IMG/VR virus record: IMGVR_UViG_3300033516_000084 | Location: 36,967-100,966 of that record | Strand: one strand, 5' to 3' | DNA length: 64,000 nt | Origin: a virus | Shown: positions 52,321 through 61,643 of the stretch, in pieces | Numbering within the stretch: the stretch's first letter is position 1 | Layout of the letters: each line of letters starts with the position of its first letter | Program-made: the position numbers and the translations under genes | The notes under the pieces: model-generated | Told to the model about the DNA's origin: nothing | Database searches by the model: none | Seen by the model: only the letters and a program-made list of their open reading frames with translations

Positions 52321-55161
52321 TCAAGGGGTTTTTGCCTTTTTTGTTGTCAGGTAATCCCTTAGTTGTTTGGCAGAATCCACGTCTGAAAAGTGGTGGGTGG
52401 CGTTCCAGTTGCCTCCTGACATAGCCGTTTTCACGAAAGTCATAGGTATGTTGTCCGGTATCCTTGGGTCCTTGGAGTCCTTGTACGTGTGCCCAAAGTG
52501 GTCATCTAAGTTAGGCGTGGGCAGGTTGGCAAGTTGGGTGGCCATGTGCTTATCATCAGAGGACAGTATGGCGTGTAGGGCATCCCGCTCTTTCATTGCC
52601 TCCTTGGACAACGGCACTCGGTCTTCTCTAGGGATACCCTCATTTGCCTTCTTTATTATCCGGGACATACCATCCTCTACGCTCTTGCGTACCGGGTATA
52701 GGTCGTCCGGGGTGAACCCAAACTTACTCCAGGCATAGGCACCAGCCTCTAGGTTAGCGTGTACGGTAATGGCTTTTAGCCCCATCTTCTTGTACAAGGG
52801 CAGGGAGTTTGTAAACAACGCTTTTGCGGTTCCTTTGTTCCCCTCACCATCTTCCATCTGTAGAAAGGTGTGGTCAATTGATTGCATGTCCTTGGACAGG
52901 CAACGCTCTACCCACCCAACTTTAGAGCCATGCACCTCACCTGTACCCGCGAATGAAACCCGTCCCTTTAGATGCTCGTAGCCCACACCACCGGTATGCT
53001 CTTCAATGGAGGCTCCTACGATCTTCCCATCAGCGTATTCGTTCTCCCCCCAAATAGCTTTCACCATCTCCACTGGGTCTACCCGGCCCATTGTTTTTGC
53101 GTGAAAATCCTCGGCGGTGTACCCGGATGATATACCTTTGTCACTTAGCTCCTTTAACTTGGCACGAACATGGTCTACTGTGTGCGTCGGTATATCCTTA
53201 CCATCATAGGTCTTGTTTGGGTCAGAACCTATGACCTCCCCCGTAAGCCCTGTGCCGTTGGCTTTATGCTTGCTGGCATTCTGGTTGCCTAAGGGCGCAC
53301 CTTTGAATACGGATGCAGATACATCTAAGTGTGCGTCTTTTCTAACCCAACCTGGCGGTTCAAAAAGCTCCCCAGTCTCACCATCCACATACCGCCCATC
53401 AGCAGTTTTGGATGAGCCCTCTGGTGGCCTCCAACGCCCTCTGGGGGCCTTAGGCTCGTCAAAGAACTCACTAGACTCTTTATCGTACTTAGTCTTAGCC
53501 TGCTCAACCACATCCAATACCACGCGATCTTCGGACACGCTACGCACTTTCAGCTTACCCGGTGGTAGTAAGACTTCGTGCTCTGACTCATCCCTACCCT
53601 CATCATAATCTGGGTCATTACGGTGATGGGAATACAAATCCATGCTTATGGCCTTAGAGCCCTTTGGTAAATGAATCTCTAACAGGGGTGCCTTTCTACC
53701 ATCAGAGTCCCCACCAATCTCACGATAGCCCTCTCCAACTTTTTTATCCACAGTCGTAGACCACGGCCCTTTTAGCTCAAAGGGGTCTCCAGGCTTTGCA
53801 TTAGCCCACTGAGTATCGTCAGCCCCCACACCCCTAAAAAGAACCTGATTAGCCTTGGTAGGTAAGACGTTATGGAACGCACCTAGTAACCTGTCTGAAA
53901 TCCTAGCATTTTCAGAATTACCAGCATTTCCCATTACCTGAGAATATGAACGGAGGGCCTGTGCCTGGCCGGGTGGTAGGGGCACTGCCTTACCAGTAAC
54001 TGGGTGGATTGTTAATCCACTTACAGCACTAGGGATGTGGTATTTGTCCTTATTCTTTCTAGCATTCTGGTTACCTAGTGGGGCACCTTTGAACAAGTTT
54101 ACCCAACCACCATGTTTCAATACCTTGGATGGCTTGTTATGGTTTAGTAGTTCTACTTCCAGAACAGTTTGTTTCTGTTCACCAGCCAGTGGGTGTATAA
54201 ACGTGCGTTCTTTGGCACCAACAACTTTGTACTCTCTATCTCTTGGGAGTAAAAACTCTTGCTCTCCCGGATGATCTGATCGGTTATCACCCCCACCTAA
54301 CCACGCCCCCGTAGTACCTTTGGGGGCGCGTATTTCCATCACTACTCTACCTGATGACGAATAGCTTTTAGCCTCTCTTAGGGAGGGGGAAGTTGACCCA
54401 AAGGCTGGGTCTGAGAAGGTCTTACCTACTAGTGAAGACAGCTCTTCAATACTAGAACTTTTACCATATCTTTTTGTGTCACCCAAAAGCCTGCTTACAT
54501 CCGAGGCGCGATATAGAGTCCCACCCTCTGGTAACGACATTTTTTCTAATGCAGAGTCGAGGGTCTTTACCTGGGCGTGTATAGCTGGGGACTCTCCAAC
54601 TCTACCCTCTCCTATAGCCTCGTTCATAGCCTCATGCTGAGAGCCCGTGTAATCACTTACAGATTTTTTCTCTGAATCAGATAAACTACCCCACATATCT
54701 TGGGTAGCGTCTGACATACGTGCGCTATGGTCTAAAATAGCTTTAGGAGACTGCTCTAGTATAGGGATAGAGGTAGCACTAGAACCCCCTCCAGAAGCCC
54801 TTTTATTCCCAATGGAGCCGGGCCTGCGGGCAAAGGCGTGACCACCCACTGCGTTTTTATTTCCTAGAGGGGCACCTTTGAACACCGATGCCATACCGGC
54901 AATTGATTTCACCCGTGGTTTTGGGTGTATCAGCCCAGTCTTGTTGTCTAGGTAGAGGATGCCCCCATCACCCTTTATCGGCGTGCGGTGGTCTTCGTCC
55001 CCGGACAATATGCTGTCGGGTATCCCTTTTGGGAACGCTTCGCAGGTCAAGCCATTATTCCAGTGTCCACAGGTGTGGCAGGGTAGAGCAGGTAGCTCTA
55101 TTCCGCTAGTGTCATCCATCCTACTGCGTAGGTCGTTGTATGTCGGTTTAGTAGTCATCAT
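52321..55161 (-). CDS. effector polyprotein: Cys domain, two VIP2-like ADP-ribosyltransferases and a GNAT-like domain
   Basis: CHTC..CEAFPKGIP..DH; ART1 LYR...GSTS...EQEFLLPR; ART2 LFRG...WSTT...EHEVLLP; GNAT-like HTFLQM...GTAK...GAYAWSKFGF; each module preceded by FK-GAPLGN.NA. Confidence 0.8.
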   Translation of the reverse strand: MMTTKPTYNDLRSRMDDTSGIELPALPCHTCGHWNNGLTCEAFPKGIPDSILSGDEDHRTPIKGDGGILYLDNKTGLIHPKPRVKSIAGMASVFKGAPLGNKNAVGGHAFARRPGSIGNKRASGGGSSATSIPILEQSPKAILDHSARMSDATQDMWGSLSDSEKKSVSDYTGSQHEAMNEAIGEGRVGESPAIHAQVKTLDSALEKMSLPEGGTLYRASDVSRLLGDTKRYGKSSSIEELSSLVGKTFSDPAFGSTSPSLREAKSYSSSGRVVMEIRAPKGTTGAWLGGGDNRSDHPGEQEFLLPRDREYKVVGAKERTFIHPLAGEQKQTVLEVELLNHNKPSKVLKHGGWVNLFKGAPLGNQNARKNKDKYHIPSAVSGLTIHPVTGKAVPLPPGQAQALRSYSQVMGNAGNSENARISDRLLGAFHNVLPTKANQVLFRGVGADDTQWANAKPGDPFELKGPWSTTVDKKVGEGYREIGGDSDGRKAPLLEIHLPKGSKAISMDLYSHHRNDPDYDEGRDESEHEVLLPPGKLKVRSVSEDRVVLDVVEQAKTKYDKESSEFFDEPKAPRGRWRPPEGSSKTADGRYVDGETGELFEPPGWVRKDAHLDVSASVFKGAPLGNQNASKHKANGTGLTGEVIGSDPNKTYDGKDIPTHTVDHVRAKLKELSDKGISSGYTAEDFHAKTMGRVDPVEMVKAIWGENEYADGKIVGASIEEHTGGVGYEHLKGRVSFAGTGEVHGSKVGWVERCLSKDMQSIDHTFLQMEDGEGNKGTAKALFTNSLPLYKKMGLKAITVHANLEAGAYAWSKFGFTPDDLYPVRKSVEDGMSRIIKKANEGIPREDRVPLSKEAMKERDALHAILSSDDKHMATQLANLPTPNLDDHFGHTYKDSKDPRIPDNIPMTFVKTAMSGGNWNATHHFSDVDSAKQLRDYLTTKKAKTP

Positions 55162-56624
55162 TTTGCCCTCTTCTTTTTAATAGCGGTTGTCTTAATGGTA
55201 AGCCTACCGCTTTCGTCTACACTAGCAGAGTCAACCCTGAAGTGTGTACCACGATCTATTATAACCTCCCGCTCATCGGGCTTTCTGGCGTATTTATCGT
55301 CATCTACTAGAGGGGGGATAGGTTTATAGTACCCCTTCCATTCTTTATCGGTCTCCTCGCGTGGAGGTTCTAAGGTTCCTACATAAGCTACCTTATGCCC
55401 CTTAGGAACAGTTATCTCCATCTGTAACTCTGCTATAGACCCGTTGGCATCGTCCCACATCTGTGCCGTGAGTTTGTTAGTAGTGGAGCTTGTAAATCCG
55501 GGGTCCTTCAATACTGAGCCTACCAGTTTTCCATTTTCATGCAAGGATTTCATTTCATGATGTAGCTCCCACCCATTAACACCTCGAAATACCTTTAAGG
55601 GGGAGGATACTGGAGACATGGCCTTATCTAATGACTCTACTATAGACTTTGCCCTGTCGTCCCATTGGGGTTTACCAAGGGTCGTCCCTGGTTTCCTCAA
55701 CGAGGTATTCACCCCATAATACTCGTTGTCGGTATAGGCTTTAACATTTGCCCTATCTACCTCGTTTAAGCTGTCCAAGTGGGCGCGGCTTTTGGATACT
55801 ATATTGAAAACTGGCCTACCTTCCTCAGTGGGGCCCCACTCACTTACCTCACCCCAGGCGCTGGTATGTACCGCCTTATCTTTGGAGGTGAACTGTCCAC
55901 CCTTTCCATGATAGGGGTTGGCCTTAAATACGGAGGTGAACCCTTCGTAGTACTGGGCTATGGATTCCAATATATACAGCCCTTCTGACTTTTTTACCTC
56001 AGGGTCATCCGGGGTGTCGGATGCTAACAACCATGACAAGTCCAATATGAGTTTCTTTTTAGGTGGCTGGTCAGACAGTAGACCGGCTACGGCCAAGTCG
56101 GGGGCTTGTATATCGTCTTTGGCTAGTGCAATTGATTGCAGGTTCTCAGACTTTTCCACCACCTTACCAACATAGTCCTCATTTACCGGCTCATAGATTT
56201 CAGGCCCGAACATCAGTGGGCCGGTGTAGGGCTGTATGGTCGTCAGATCGACCTCAGAGCCCTTGTAGGTGATGGTGACATGGGATTGGTACTCCGGGTA
56301 GTCCCAGCTCGCTCCAGCGGCCTCCCATTGGTCATGGCGGTCTTGCAGGGCCTTACTACTGAACTTCAAGACAACCGCTGTATCACCCAAGGGGGATACC
56401 TCACGTACTGCTGGAATATCGGACACGTTGTCAACAACTAGATTGTTGGTATCCGGGGCTAGGGTGTCCCACGCCACGGGTGTCCTACTATACACCACGG
56501 TCACATGTAATTCGGAAATTTCTAGAACTCTTGGAAAACCCTGTGCCTTTGCCCAGTCAGTAAACTCCTGAGAGTTTACAAGTTTTCTCTGAACGTACAG
56601 GGTGGATATGTTTGGCGTGATCAT
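55158..56624 (-). CDS. Acb1-like 2H phosphoesterase fused to a VIP2-like ADP-ribosyltransferase
   Basis: Two HxT motifs (LHVTVVYSR, SHVTITY) with FGPE; VFK-ANPYHGKGGQF; VFRG...GFTSST...EREVIIDRG. Confidence 0.8.
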   Translation of the reverse strand: MITPNISTLYVQRKLVNSQEFTDWAKAQGFPRVLEISELHVTVVYSRTPVAWDTLAPDTNNLVVDNVSDIPAVREVSPLGDTAVVLKFSSKALQDRHDQWEAAGASWDYPEYQSHVTITYKGSEVDLTTIQPYTGPLMFGPEIYEPVNEDYVGKVVEKSENLQSIALAKDDIQAPDLAVAGLLSDQPPKKKLILDLSWLLASDTPDDPEVKKSEGLYILESIAQYYEGFTSVFKANPYHGKGGQFTSKDKAVHTSAWGEVSEWGPTEEGRPVFNIVSKSRAHLDSLNEVDRANVKAYTDNEYYGVNTSLRKPGTTLGKPQWDDRAKSIVESLDKAMSPVSSPLKVFRGVNGWELHHEMKSLHENGKLVGSVLKDPGFTSSTTNKLTAQMWDDANGSIAELQMEITVPKGHKVAYVGTLEPPREETDKEWKGYYKPIPPLVDDDKYARKPDEREVIIDRGTHFRVDSASVDESGRLTIKTTAIKKKRAK

Positions 56625-56845
56625 TCCCCTAGTTTAACGCACCGCACGGTGGTGAGCAACCGCCGCACTTTTACATGATACCCGATGGAAAATAGCTTAC
56701 TGCCTACTCCCCCCAGCACCCCTGCAAGAACCGCAGATACCGCGAACACCAGGGAAAGGGTAGCCACTGCCTTCACAAAACTCATAAGCCTGTTCATAAT
56801 GCGCCTTTGGCTAGCAATAAAAAGGAAACTAGGGCCATAGCCCAT
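56621..56845 (-). CDS. small membrane protein
   Basis: One hydrophobic helix. Confidence 0.4.
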   Translation of the reverse strand: MGYGPSFLFIASQRRIMNRLMSFVKAVATLSLVFAVSAVLAGVLGGVGSKLFSIGYHVKVRRLLTTVRCVKLGE

Positions 56846-56982
56846 GCCATTGCCGCATTGAATAGCGGGGATAATTTTCTTCCTAGGAGAAACTGAGCCA
56901 TGTTACCACCGCACCAACCCAGAAAAAACCCCACTATGCACCACAACACCAACATGGTGGTGGTCATGTCGCTACCCCCCAT
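56794..56982 (-). CDS. small membrane protein
   Basis: Two hydrophobic segments. Confidence 0.45.
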   Translation of the reverse strand: MGGSDMTTTMLVLWCIVGFFLGWCGGNMAQFLLGRKLSPLFNAAMAWAMALVSFLLLAKGAL

Positions 56983-57206
56983 TCTACCTCCTTGGATTTA
57001 ACAAACCCCTGTTCGTCCTGCTTAATATCCACCGTAAGTCGGTCGATACGGCGCTGGTGGTAATCTACCATAGCCTCGGCATACTCCTTGGCCGTGTGTG
57101 CCTCCAAAATAGCTAGTTGAGCGTGGCGAAGCTCCTGCCTCTTCATATACAGTGGGTCTAGGGCTCCAAAGGTGGCTCGGAGGGTCTGAAATATACTCGG
57201 CTTCAT
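56964..57206 (-). CDS. hypothetical protein
   Basis: EL..AQ..LEA..AKEYA.AMV.YH..RI.RL pattern. Confidence 0.6.
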   Translation of the reverse strand: MKPSIFQTLRATFGALDPLYMKRQELRHAQLAILEAHTAKEYAEAMVDYHQRRIDRLTVDIKQDEQGFVKSKEVEWGVAT

Positions 57207-57727
57207 GGTAATCCTTGGTGGTGGGTACTGTACCAGTCTGCAATTGATTGCAGTCCAGATTTTGACAGGGTGTCTAATAGGTTTTGGGTTCCTTCACTCA
57301 ACTTTATCTTCTGCTTGGCCCACAAGCTGGACAATGCCTCGGCTGTAAGGAACCCACTCGGGAATACCGTAGACAGGAGGCCCACGGTCACCTGGGCATC
57401 GGCGTTGGTAAGCTGCCAATACCTGAGGGCGTAAATATACATCACTAGGTCACCAGGGGTGCTAGCCAGACAACACAAAAATATCTTGGCGGGTGTAGAC
57501 AGGTTTAGCCCGACAAACTCAGCACGTTTATCAAGCACCTTGTATGTGAAGGTGTCCCGAATCGCCTCCAACAGGTCTTCTATACCCTTGGTGTTGTCGA
57601 CCAACTCCAGCATCATCACCGTAACAAACACCCGGCTTTGGGTGTCTGACATGGGCCTTGACTCTGCCTTAAAAAATGTGGCAGACCATTCTGCCCACAT
57701 AGTGCATCGCTCCTGTACGTCCATCAT
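57203..57727 (-). CDS. hypothetical protein
   Basis: Coupled ORF, 174 aa. Confidence 0.6.
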   Translation of the reverse strand: MMDVQERCTMWAEWSATFFKAESRPMSDTQSRVFVTVMMLELVDNTKGIEDLLEAIRDTFTYKVLDKRAEFVGLNLSTPAKIFLCCLASTPGDLVMYIYALRYWQLTNADAQVTVGLLSTVFPSGFLTAEALSSLWAKQKIKLSEGTQNLLDTLSKSGLQSIADWYSTHHQGLP

Positions 57728-57993
57728 ACTTCCTTGGTAAAAATGTTATGGTTTTTTATCAACCATGTTTCGATAACCGGGAAACCGTCGCTGTCCACGT
57801 CCACCACCACTTTTACACGGGTTTTGCGAACACAGGCAAATCGTACACCGTCAAGCACATCAATTTCGTTAATGAACCCGTGGGCAATAGCCCATTCATC
57901 GGTGGTGTTGCTGTAGCTGAACCAGTTACCATGTTCCTTCTCTTGGAAGTCACCAAGAATTTCCTTGCTTTGGGTGGTGGTTGCGAGTGCCAT
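57724..57993 (-). CDS. hypothetical protein
   Basis: Class I promoter plus hairpin leader. Confidence 0.65.
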   Translation of the reverse strand: MALATTTQSKEILGDFQEKEHGNWFSYSNTTDEWAIAHGFINEIDVLDGVRFACVRKTRVKVVVDVDSDGFPVIETWLIKNHNIFTKEV

Positions 57994-58044
57994 TTTCAGT
58001 CCTTTGAGGGTTGCGGGTTGGTAAGCCTTTATTATAGCGTAGTT

Positions 58045-58953
58045 TTAGGGTTTGTCAAGATTTTTCTTCACCTTATACGATTTTTTTATCACCCCGGTAG
58101 TCCCCTTGGACACAACTGTGGCGTTTATCCATACCATTATGCCGGTGGACAACCGGCGTATGTGTCCCATACGCACATGCTCTCTGAGTGCCCTTCGACC
58201 TATGATCGGGTGCCCATCAAAGGTGCCCTTATCCCTTTCAGGCTTGCTAGGGTCGAGGGTCAACTCCCAGGTCTCACTAAAAGGCAGTGGTGGTTTTCCT
58301 ATCTTTGGCTTGTCCGTGCGCTTTTTCCCAATCCTCACATTAGAGCAGGCCAGTACATTCAAGAGTTCTATTATTACATAAGCCCCGTAGGGGGTGTCCA
58401 ATGAAGTCCCCGCCCCCAGCTCTAGGTCTGTCATGTCCTTCAAGTGGGTCTTTTTGATTTTGAACAGTACTATTTTAAGTGTCCCTGAATCAGATAACCC
58501 ATCATTCCAGTTTTTTGTGGGTAGCAGAAAGGCAGAGGCCGAAACCCATCTAGCCACACTTGGGACATACATCCAAGCACTCACAACAACGGGTTTGAAG
58601 TACTCCAACCACTCAGGGTTATTGAATATATGGGGTATCCAATCCTGTACATTGGTGGACACCACCAACACGGCACGGGTCAAAGCCTCTTTGCCTTCAG
58701 ACACCCTCTGCCGGTGAACGACAGGTGTCGGGTATTGCAACACCATCTCGTTAAAAGGTAAGTGCAGTTCTGAGGTCAAGTCCAGTCCCCTTGCCTGTGG
58801 GTCGTCCATGATAACCCCATCTGGTGGTAATACAAACTTTGCGCCATCAACCAGGACACTCTTCACCTTTTGCACAAGAGGATAAGCAGGGGACGGACTA
58901 ACTGGTACAGGTTGATTGTCTAGGTACTTCCATAGGTCTTTGGCGTAACTCAT
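58045..58953 (-). CDS. conserved phage hypothetical protein
   Basis: LPF..M..Q and C-terminal REHVRMGHIRR...VWI...V motif. Confidence 0.7.
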   Translation of the reverse strand: MSYAKDLWKYLDNQPVPVSPSPAYPLVQKVKSVLVDGAKFVLPPDGVIMDDPQARGLDLTSELHLPFNEMVLQYPTPVVHRQRVSEGKEALTRAVLVVSTNVQDWIPHIFNNPEWLEYFKPVVVSAWMYVPSVARWVSASAFLLPTKNWNDGLSDSGTLKIVLFKIKKTHLKDMTDLELGAGTSLDTPYGAYVIIELLNVLACSNVRIGKKRTDKPKIGKPPLPFSETWELTLDPSKPERDKGTFDGHPIIGRRALREHVRMGHIRRLSTGIMVWINATVVSKGTTGVIKKSYKVKKNLDKP

Positions 58954-58978
58954 TTATGATCCTCTCACCTGTGTGCAG

Positions 58979-59203
58979 TTATGCAATTGATTGCAGGTCT
59001 TCGCTGACCACTACCTTCAACTGTTGGGTGTCGCGGGCGAATAACCTGGCCGCACGTTCTGCATGTTCTACTGTAGGGTAGTCCATAAAGTGTTCCCACG
59101 GTTCCCAGTCTATCCTGTAAGATTTGTAGCACCCGTTGTAACAGCGGCTCTGTGGGTCAGTGTTGTGCAGTACGCCACGGCGTATGTGAACAGCTATTAT
59201 CAT
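58979..59203 (-). CDS. hypothetical protein
   Basis: NTDPQSRCYNGC; class II promoter and hairpin RBS. Confidence 0.65.
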   Translation of the reverse strand: MIIAVHIRRGVLHNTDPQSRCYNGCYKSYRIDWEPWEHFMDYPTVEHAERAARLFARDTQQLKVVVSEDLQSIA

Positions 59204-59392
59204 TTAGCACTCCTTTGCTTACCCTGTGTGGGTAGTTGGTTGGTAAGACTTGATTATAGCATAGTTTATCAAGTCTTGCTAAGTATTTTTCCTACTTTGG
59301 CGGGTTTTTTGGAGCCTCTTTTTTAGGCTTCTTTTTTTCTTTGTTGGACTTGGGCGTTTTGTTTGCCATACGATTCTCCGGTGGTTGGTTAA

Positions 59393-59575
59393 CTAGGGAA
59401 GCTCTAAATACACGGTGACTGTGGGGGTGGCGCTTTGCAAGAACCCATGCACTACCTTGGATACCCGTAGTTCTCTGCCGTTGTTGATGGTACAAAAATC
59501 ACCAACTTGGGGCACGGTCAGTAGGCTGGCTTGAAACCCGGTATCCAGCCCTACCTGAATGCATACTTTTACCAT
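59393..59575 (-). CDS. hypothetical protein
   Basis: GGAG RBS; VPQVGD motif. Confidence 0.5.
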   Translation of the reverse strand: MVKVCIQVGLDTGFQASLLTVPQVGDFCTINNGRELRVSKVVHGFLQSATPTVTVYLELP

Positions 59576-59595
59576 CTAAACTCCTGTTGAGGTGC

Positions 59596-59880
59596 CTACC
59601 AAAGGTCTCTTGACTCTTTGGACTTTCTTATTTTCTTTGGCTCTACCGGTAAGTGTGTCGGGTAGGAAATGTTGGTGATACCCTCAGACACCTTTTTGCC
59701 CTTAGTGGGGGCGGGAATTTCGGTGCTGTTAATACAGGCACACAGATCATAGAAGGTTTCTTTGTGCAGGTCTCCTACCAAGTACAGAACACCGTCTGTG
59801 TACTCTTCGGTAGTAAGCCACGGAACAGCAGAGGCCCGCCTGTCAGCACCAAACACAACCCAAGGGGCACCTGCTTCCAT
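59596..59880 (-). CDS. hypothetical protein
   Basis: Coupled ORF. Confidence 0.45.
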   Translation of the reverse strand: MEAGAPWVVFGADRRASAVPWLTTEEYTDGVLYLVGDLHKETFYDLCACINSTEIPAPTKGKKVSEGITNISYPTHLPVEPKKIRKSKESRDLW

Positions 59881-60074
59881 TACATAGCTCCGAGCTTGCG
59901 TAGTCTGTCTTCTGCCTGTGTGGGTGTTAGGCCAACTACGTTGGTGGTATGCCCCATGAATTTACCGTAGTTACCAATGCTGTACTCTTCACCGGTAGCT
60001 ACTTGACGCAACAGCTTCTTATACTGTGCGCGGGTAAGCTCGTACACCACCCCACCGTCAACGATGTAAACCAT
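59880..60074 (-). CDS. hypothetical protein
   Basis: Coupled ORF (TAATG overlaps). Confidence 0.5.
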   Translation of the reverse strand: MVYIVDGGVVYELTRAQYKKLLRQVATGEEYSIGNYGKFMGHTTNVVGLTPTQAEDRLRKLGAM

Positions 60075-60367
60075 TAGGCAACTTCCGCTACTTGTTCGGT
60101 GGTGATCGTGGTAATGGTTTGGGGGGCCAGTGTCACCACGTTCAAGGGGATTGAAAGGGCCAACTCACCTTGAACAGGCTTCTTGACCTTCATAACCCGG
60201 ACACCGGCTTCCATCAACTCAGCCACTTCGCTAGTGGTAGCGGCCTTGGCCTCATAGCGGTCTGCTACTACCATGCCAATGGCTTGGGTTTGGCTGTCAG
60301 CGTCCACCAAAAATTTGGATTGATTTGTGCTGTCTTGGCTGTCCCGCACTACGTAAATTCGGCTCAT
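60074..60367 (-). CDS. hypothetical protein
   Basis: RIYVV...LV.A.SQ.QAI..V; GGAG RBS. Confidence 0.6.
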   Translation of the reverse strand: MSRIYVVRDSQDSTNQSKFLVDADSQTQAIGMVVADRYEAKAATTSEVAELMEAGVRVMKVKKPVQGELALSIPLNVVTLAPQTITTITTEQVAEVA

Positions 60368-60509
60368 GTAAATACTCCATTAGTTATACCCCTAGCGCGG
60401 TGGCTTGCGTAAGCTATTGTACCCTAATACCATTCTATTTGTAAGAGTGCCCATAATTTTTATGCTACGGACACCCTATGCCTATGCACTTGGTGCAATT
60501 GATTGCACG

Positions 60510-60917
60510 TCAACCAAGCTCAGCGATCTGTTTTGCCAGCTCTTCTGCTGACAACTCCTTTAGTGCGGCATCTTGTTTTTCCCCCAAGATAGCCACCAGC
60601 TTGTCCTTTTTGGCCGCACGTTCGGCTTTGACCCGATGCTCTTCATTGACCTTCAGTTTATAGGCAATAACGTGCTTCATGATTTCCAACATCAGTTCGT
60701 ACTTGGCCTTAGCCGGGCTGGTGGTGGTGCTGACAAAGCTCTCCTCTGTCACGGCCTTGAGCGAGGCGTTCACTTCCTTGGCTACGGTGTCCAAATCGAA
60801 TTGATTCTTCGACTGCAATGGCAGGTCCCAAAGCTGTTCTGTCATCAGGTCACCACGAACCGAGGGGAAGCGCAGTTTCTGGATGCCGGCTTGTTCAAAC
60901 AAAGAATCGGTACTCAT
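60510..60917 (-). CDS. conserved phage coiled-coil protein
   Basis: LFEQA..KLRFPS.RG.L..EQLWDLPL...EESFV. Confidence 0.75.
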   Translation of the reverse strand: MSTDSLFEQAGIQKLRFPSVRGDLMTEQLWDLPLQSKNQFDLDTVAKEVNASLKAVTEESFVSTTTSPAKAKYELMLEIMKHVIAYKLKVNEEHRVKAERAAKKDKLVAILGEKQDAALKELSAEELAKQIAELG

Positions 60918-60941
60918 ATATACTCCTTAAAAAATAAAATA

Positions 60942-61580
60942 CTAAACCACAATAACTAACTTTTTGCCTTGGGTAGGCTTCAACGTACACGCATCCTCTA
61001 CAGGCATCCCTAAAGACAGCCTATAGGTTAGGGCAGAATGCGATATACCCAACTTCTTAGCCCAATAAGATACAGGCTTTCGCACACCATTAACGGTACA
61101 AAAAACCGTATTCCTCTTATTAGAATCCTGCTCATCTTTTGTAGCCCACCTGCAATTGATTGCGCAGTAATTTCCGTTGTTGTCAATCCGATCAAGGGAG
61201 GTGCCTTCTGGTCGTAATCCCATGTCTTTGAAAAAGGCAGAAAATGACTGCCATTCCGCACACACGGTAATCCCCCTGCCACCATAGTGTCTGTAGGCTT
61301 GGTGCGCTGGGTCAACGCATCTAGCAACCATACTAGCCCACGAGTTAAATTCACGGGTATTGGTTTTACCGTGTAGAGTGTTTCTAAGCACCATAGCAGA
61401 AACCCTAGCACAACCACACGAAGTCGAACCACCTGTCCTCAGTGAACTGGTATTGACCTCTTTTGTAGTCCCACAATCACAGACACACAACCACTTAGAA
61501 GGTCTCGTGGGGGTATCGGTCTTAGACAACACAGTCCACATACCGTATCTGTTGCCTTCCAATCCAAGTACCCGTTTCAT
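60942..61580 (-). CDS. HNH homing endonuclease (same family as 35033-35692)
   Basis: WLCVCDCG, SCGC, WASM..RC, YGGRGITVC, LDRIDNNGNY..NCRWAT; GGAGG RBS. Confidence 0.88.
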   Translation of the reverse strand: MKRVLGLEGNRYGMWTVLSKTDTPTRPSKWLCVCDCGTTKEVNTSSLRTGGSTSCGCARVSAMVLRNTLHGKTNTREFNSWASMVARCVDPAHQAYRHYGGRGITVCAEWQSFSAFFKDMGLRPEGTSLDRIDNNGNYCAINCRWATKDEQDSNKRNTVFCTVNGVRKPVSYWAKKLGISHSALTYRLSLGMPVEDACTLKPTQGKKLVIVV

Positions 61581-61643
61581 AAAACCTCCTAAGTTAAGCA
61601 CTATTATAGCACAGATTGTTCAAAAATGTTCATTAGATACTCC

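Larger units (their letters stand above)
16590..58060 (-). promoter_or_regulatory. canonical sigma70-type promoters TTGACA-AA-N(16-18)-TATAAT (class I)
   Basis: Seen near 16590-16617, 21727-21755, 40655-40684, 42462-42490, 43007-43035, 46453-46480, 52008-52036, 52297-52325 and 58031-58058 (coordinates approximate). Confidence 0.8.
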
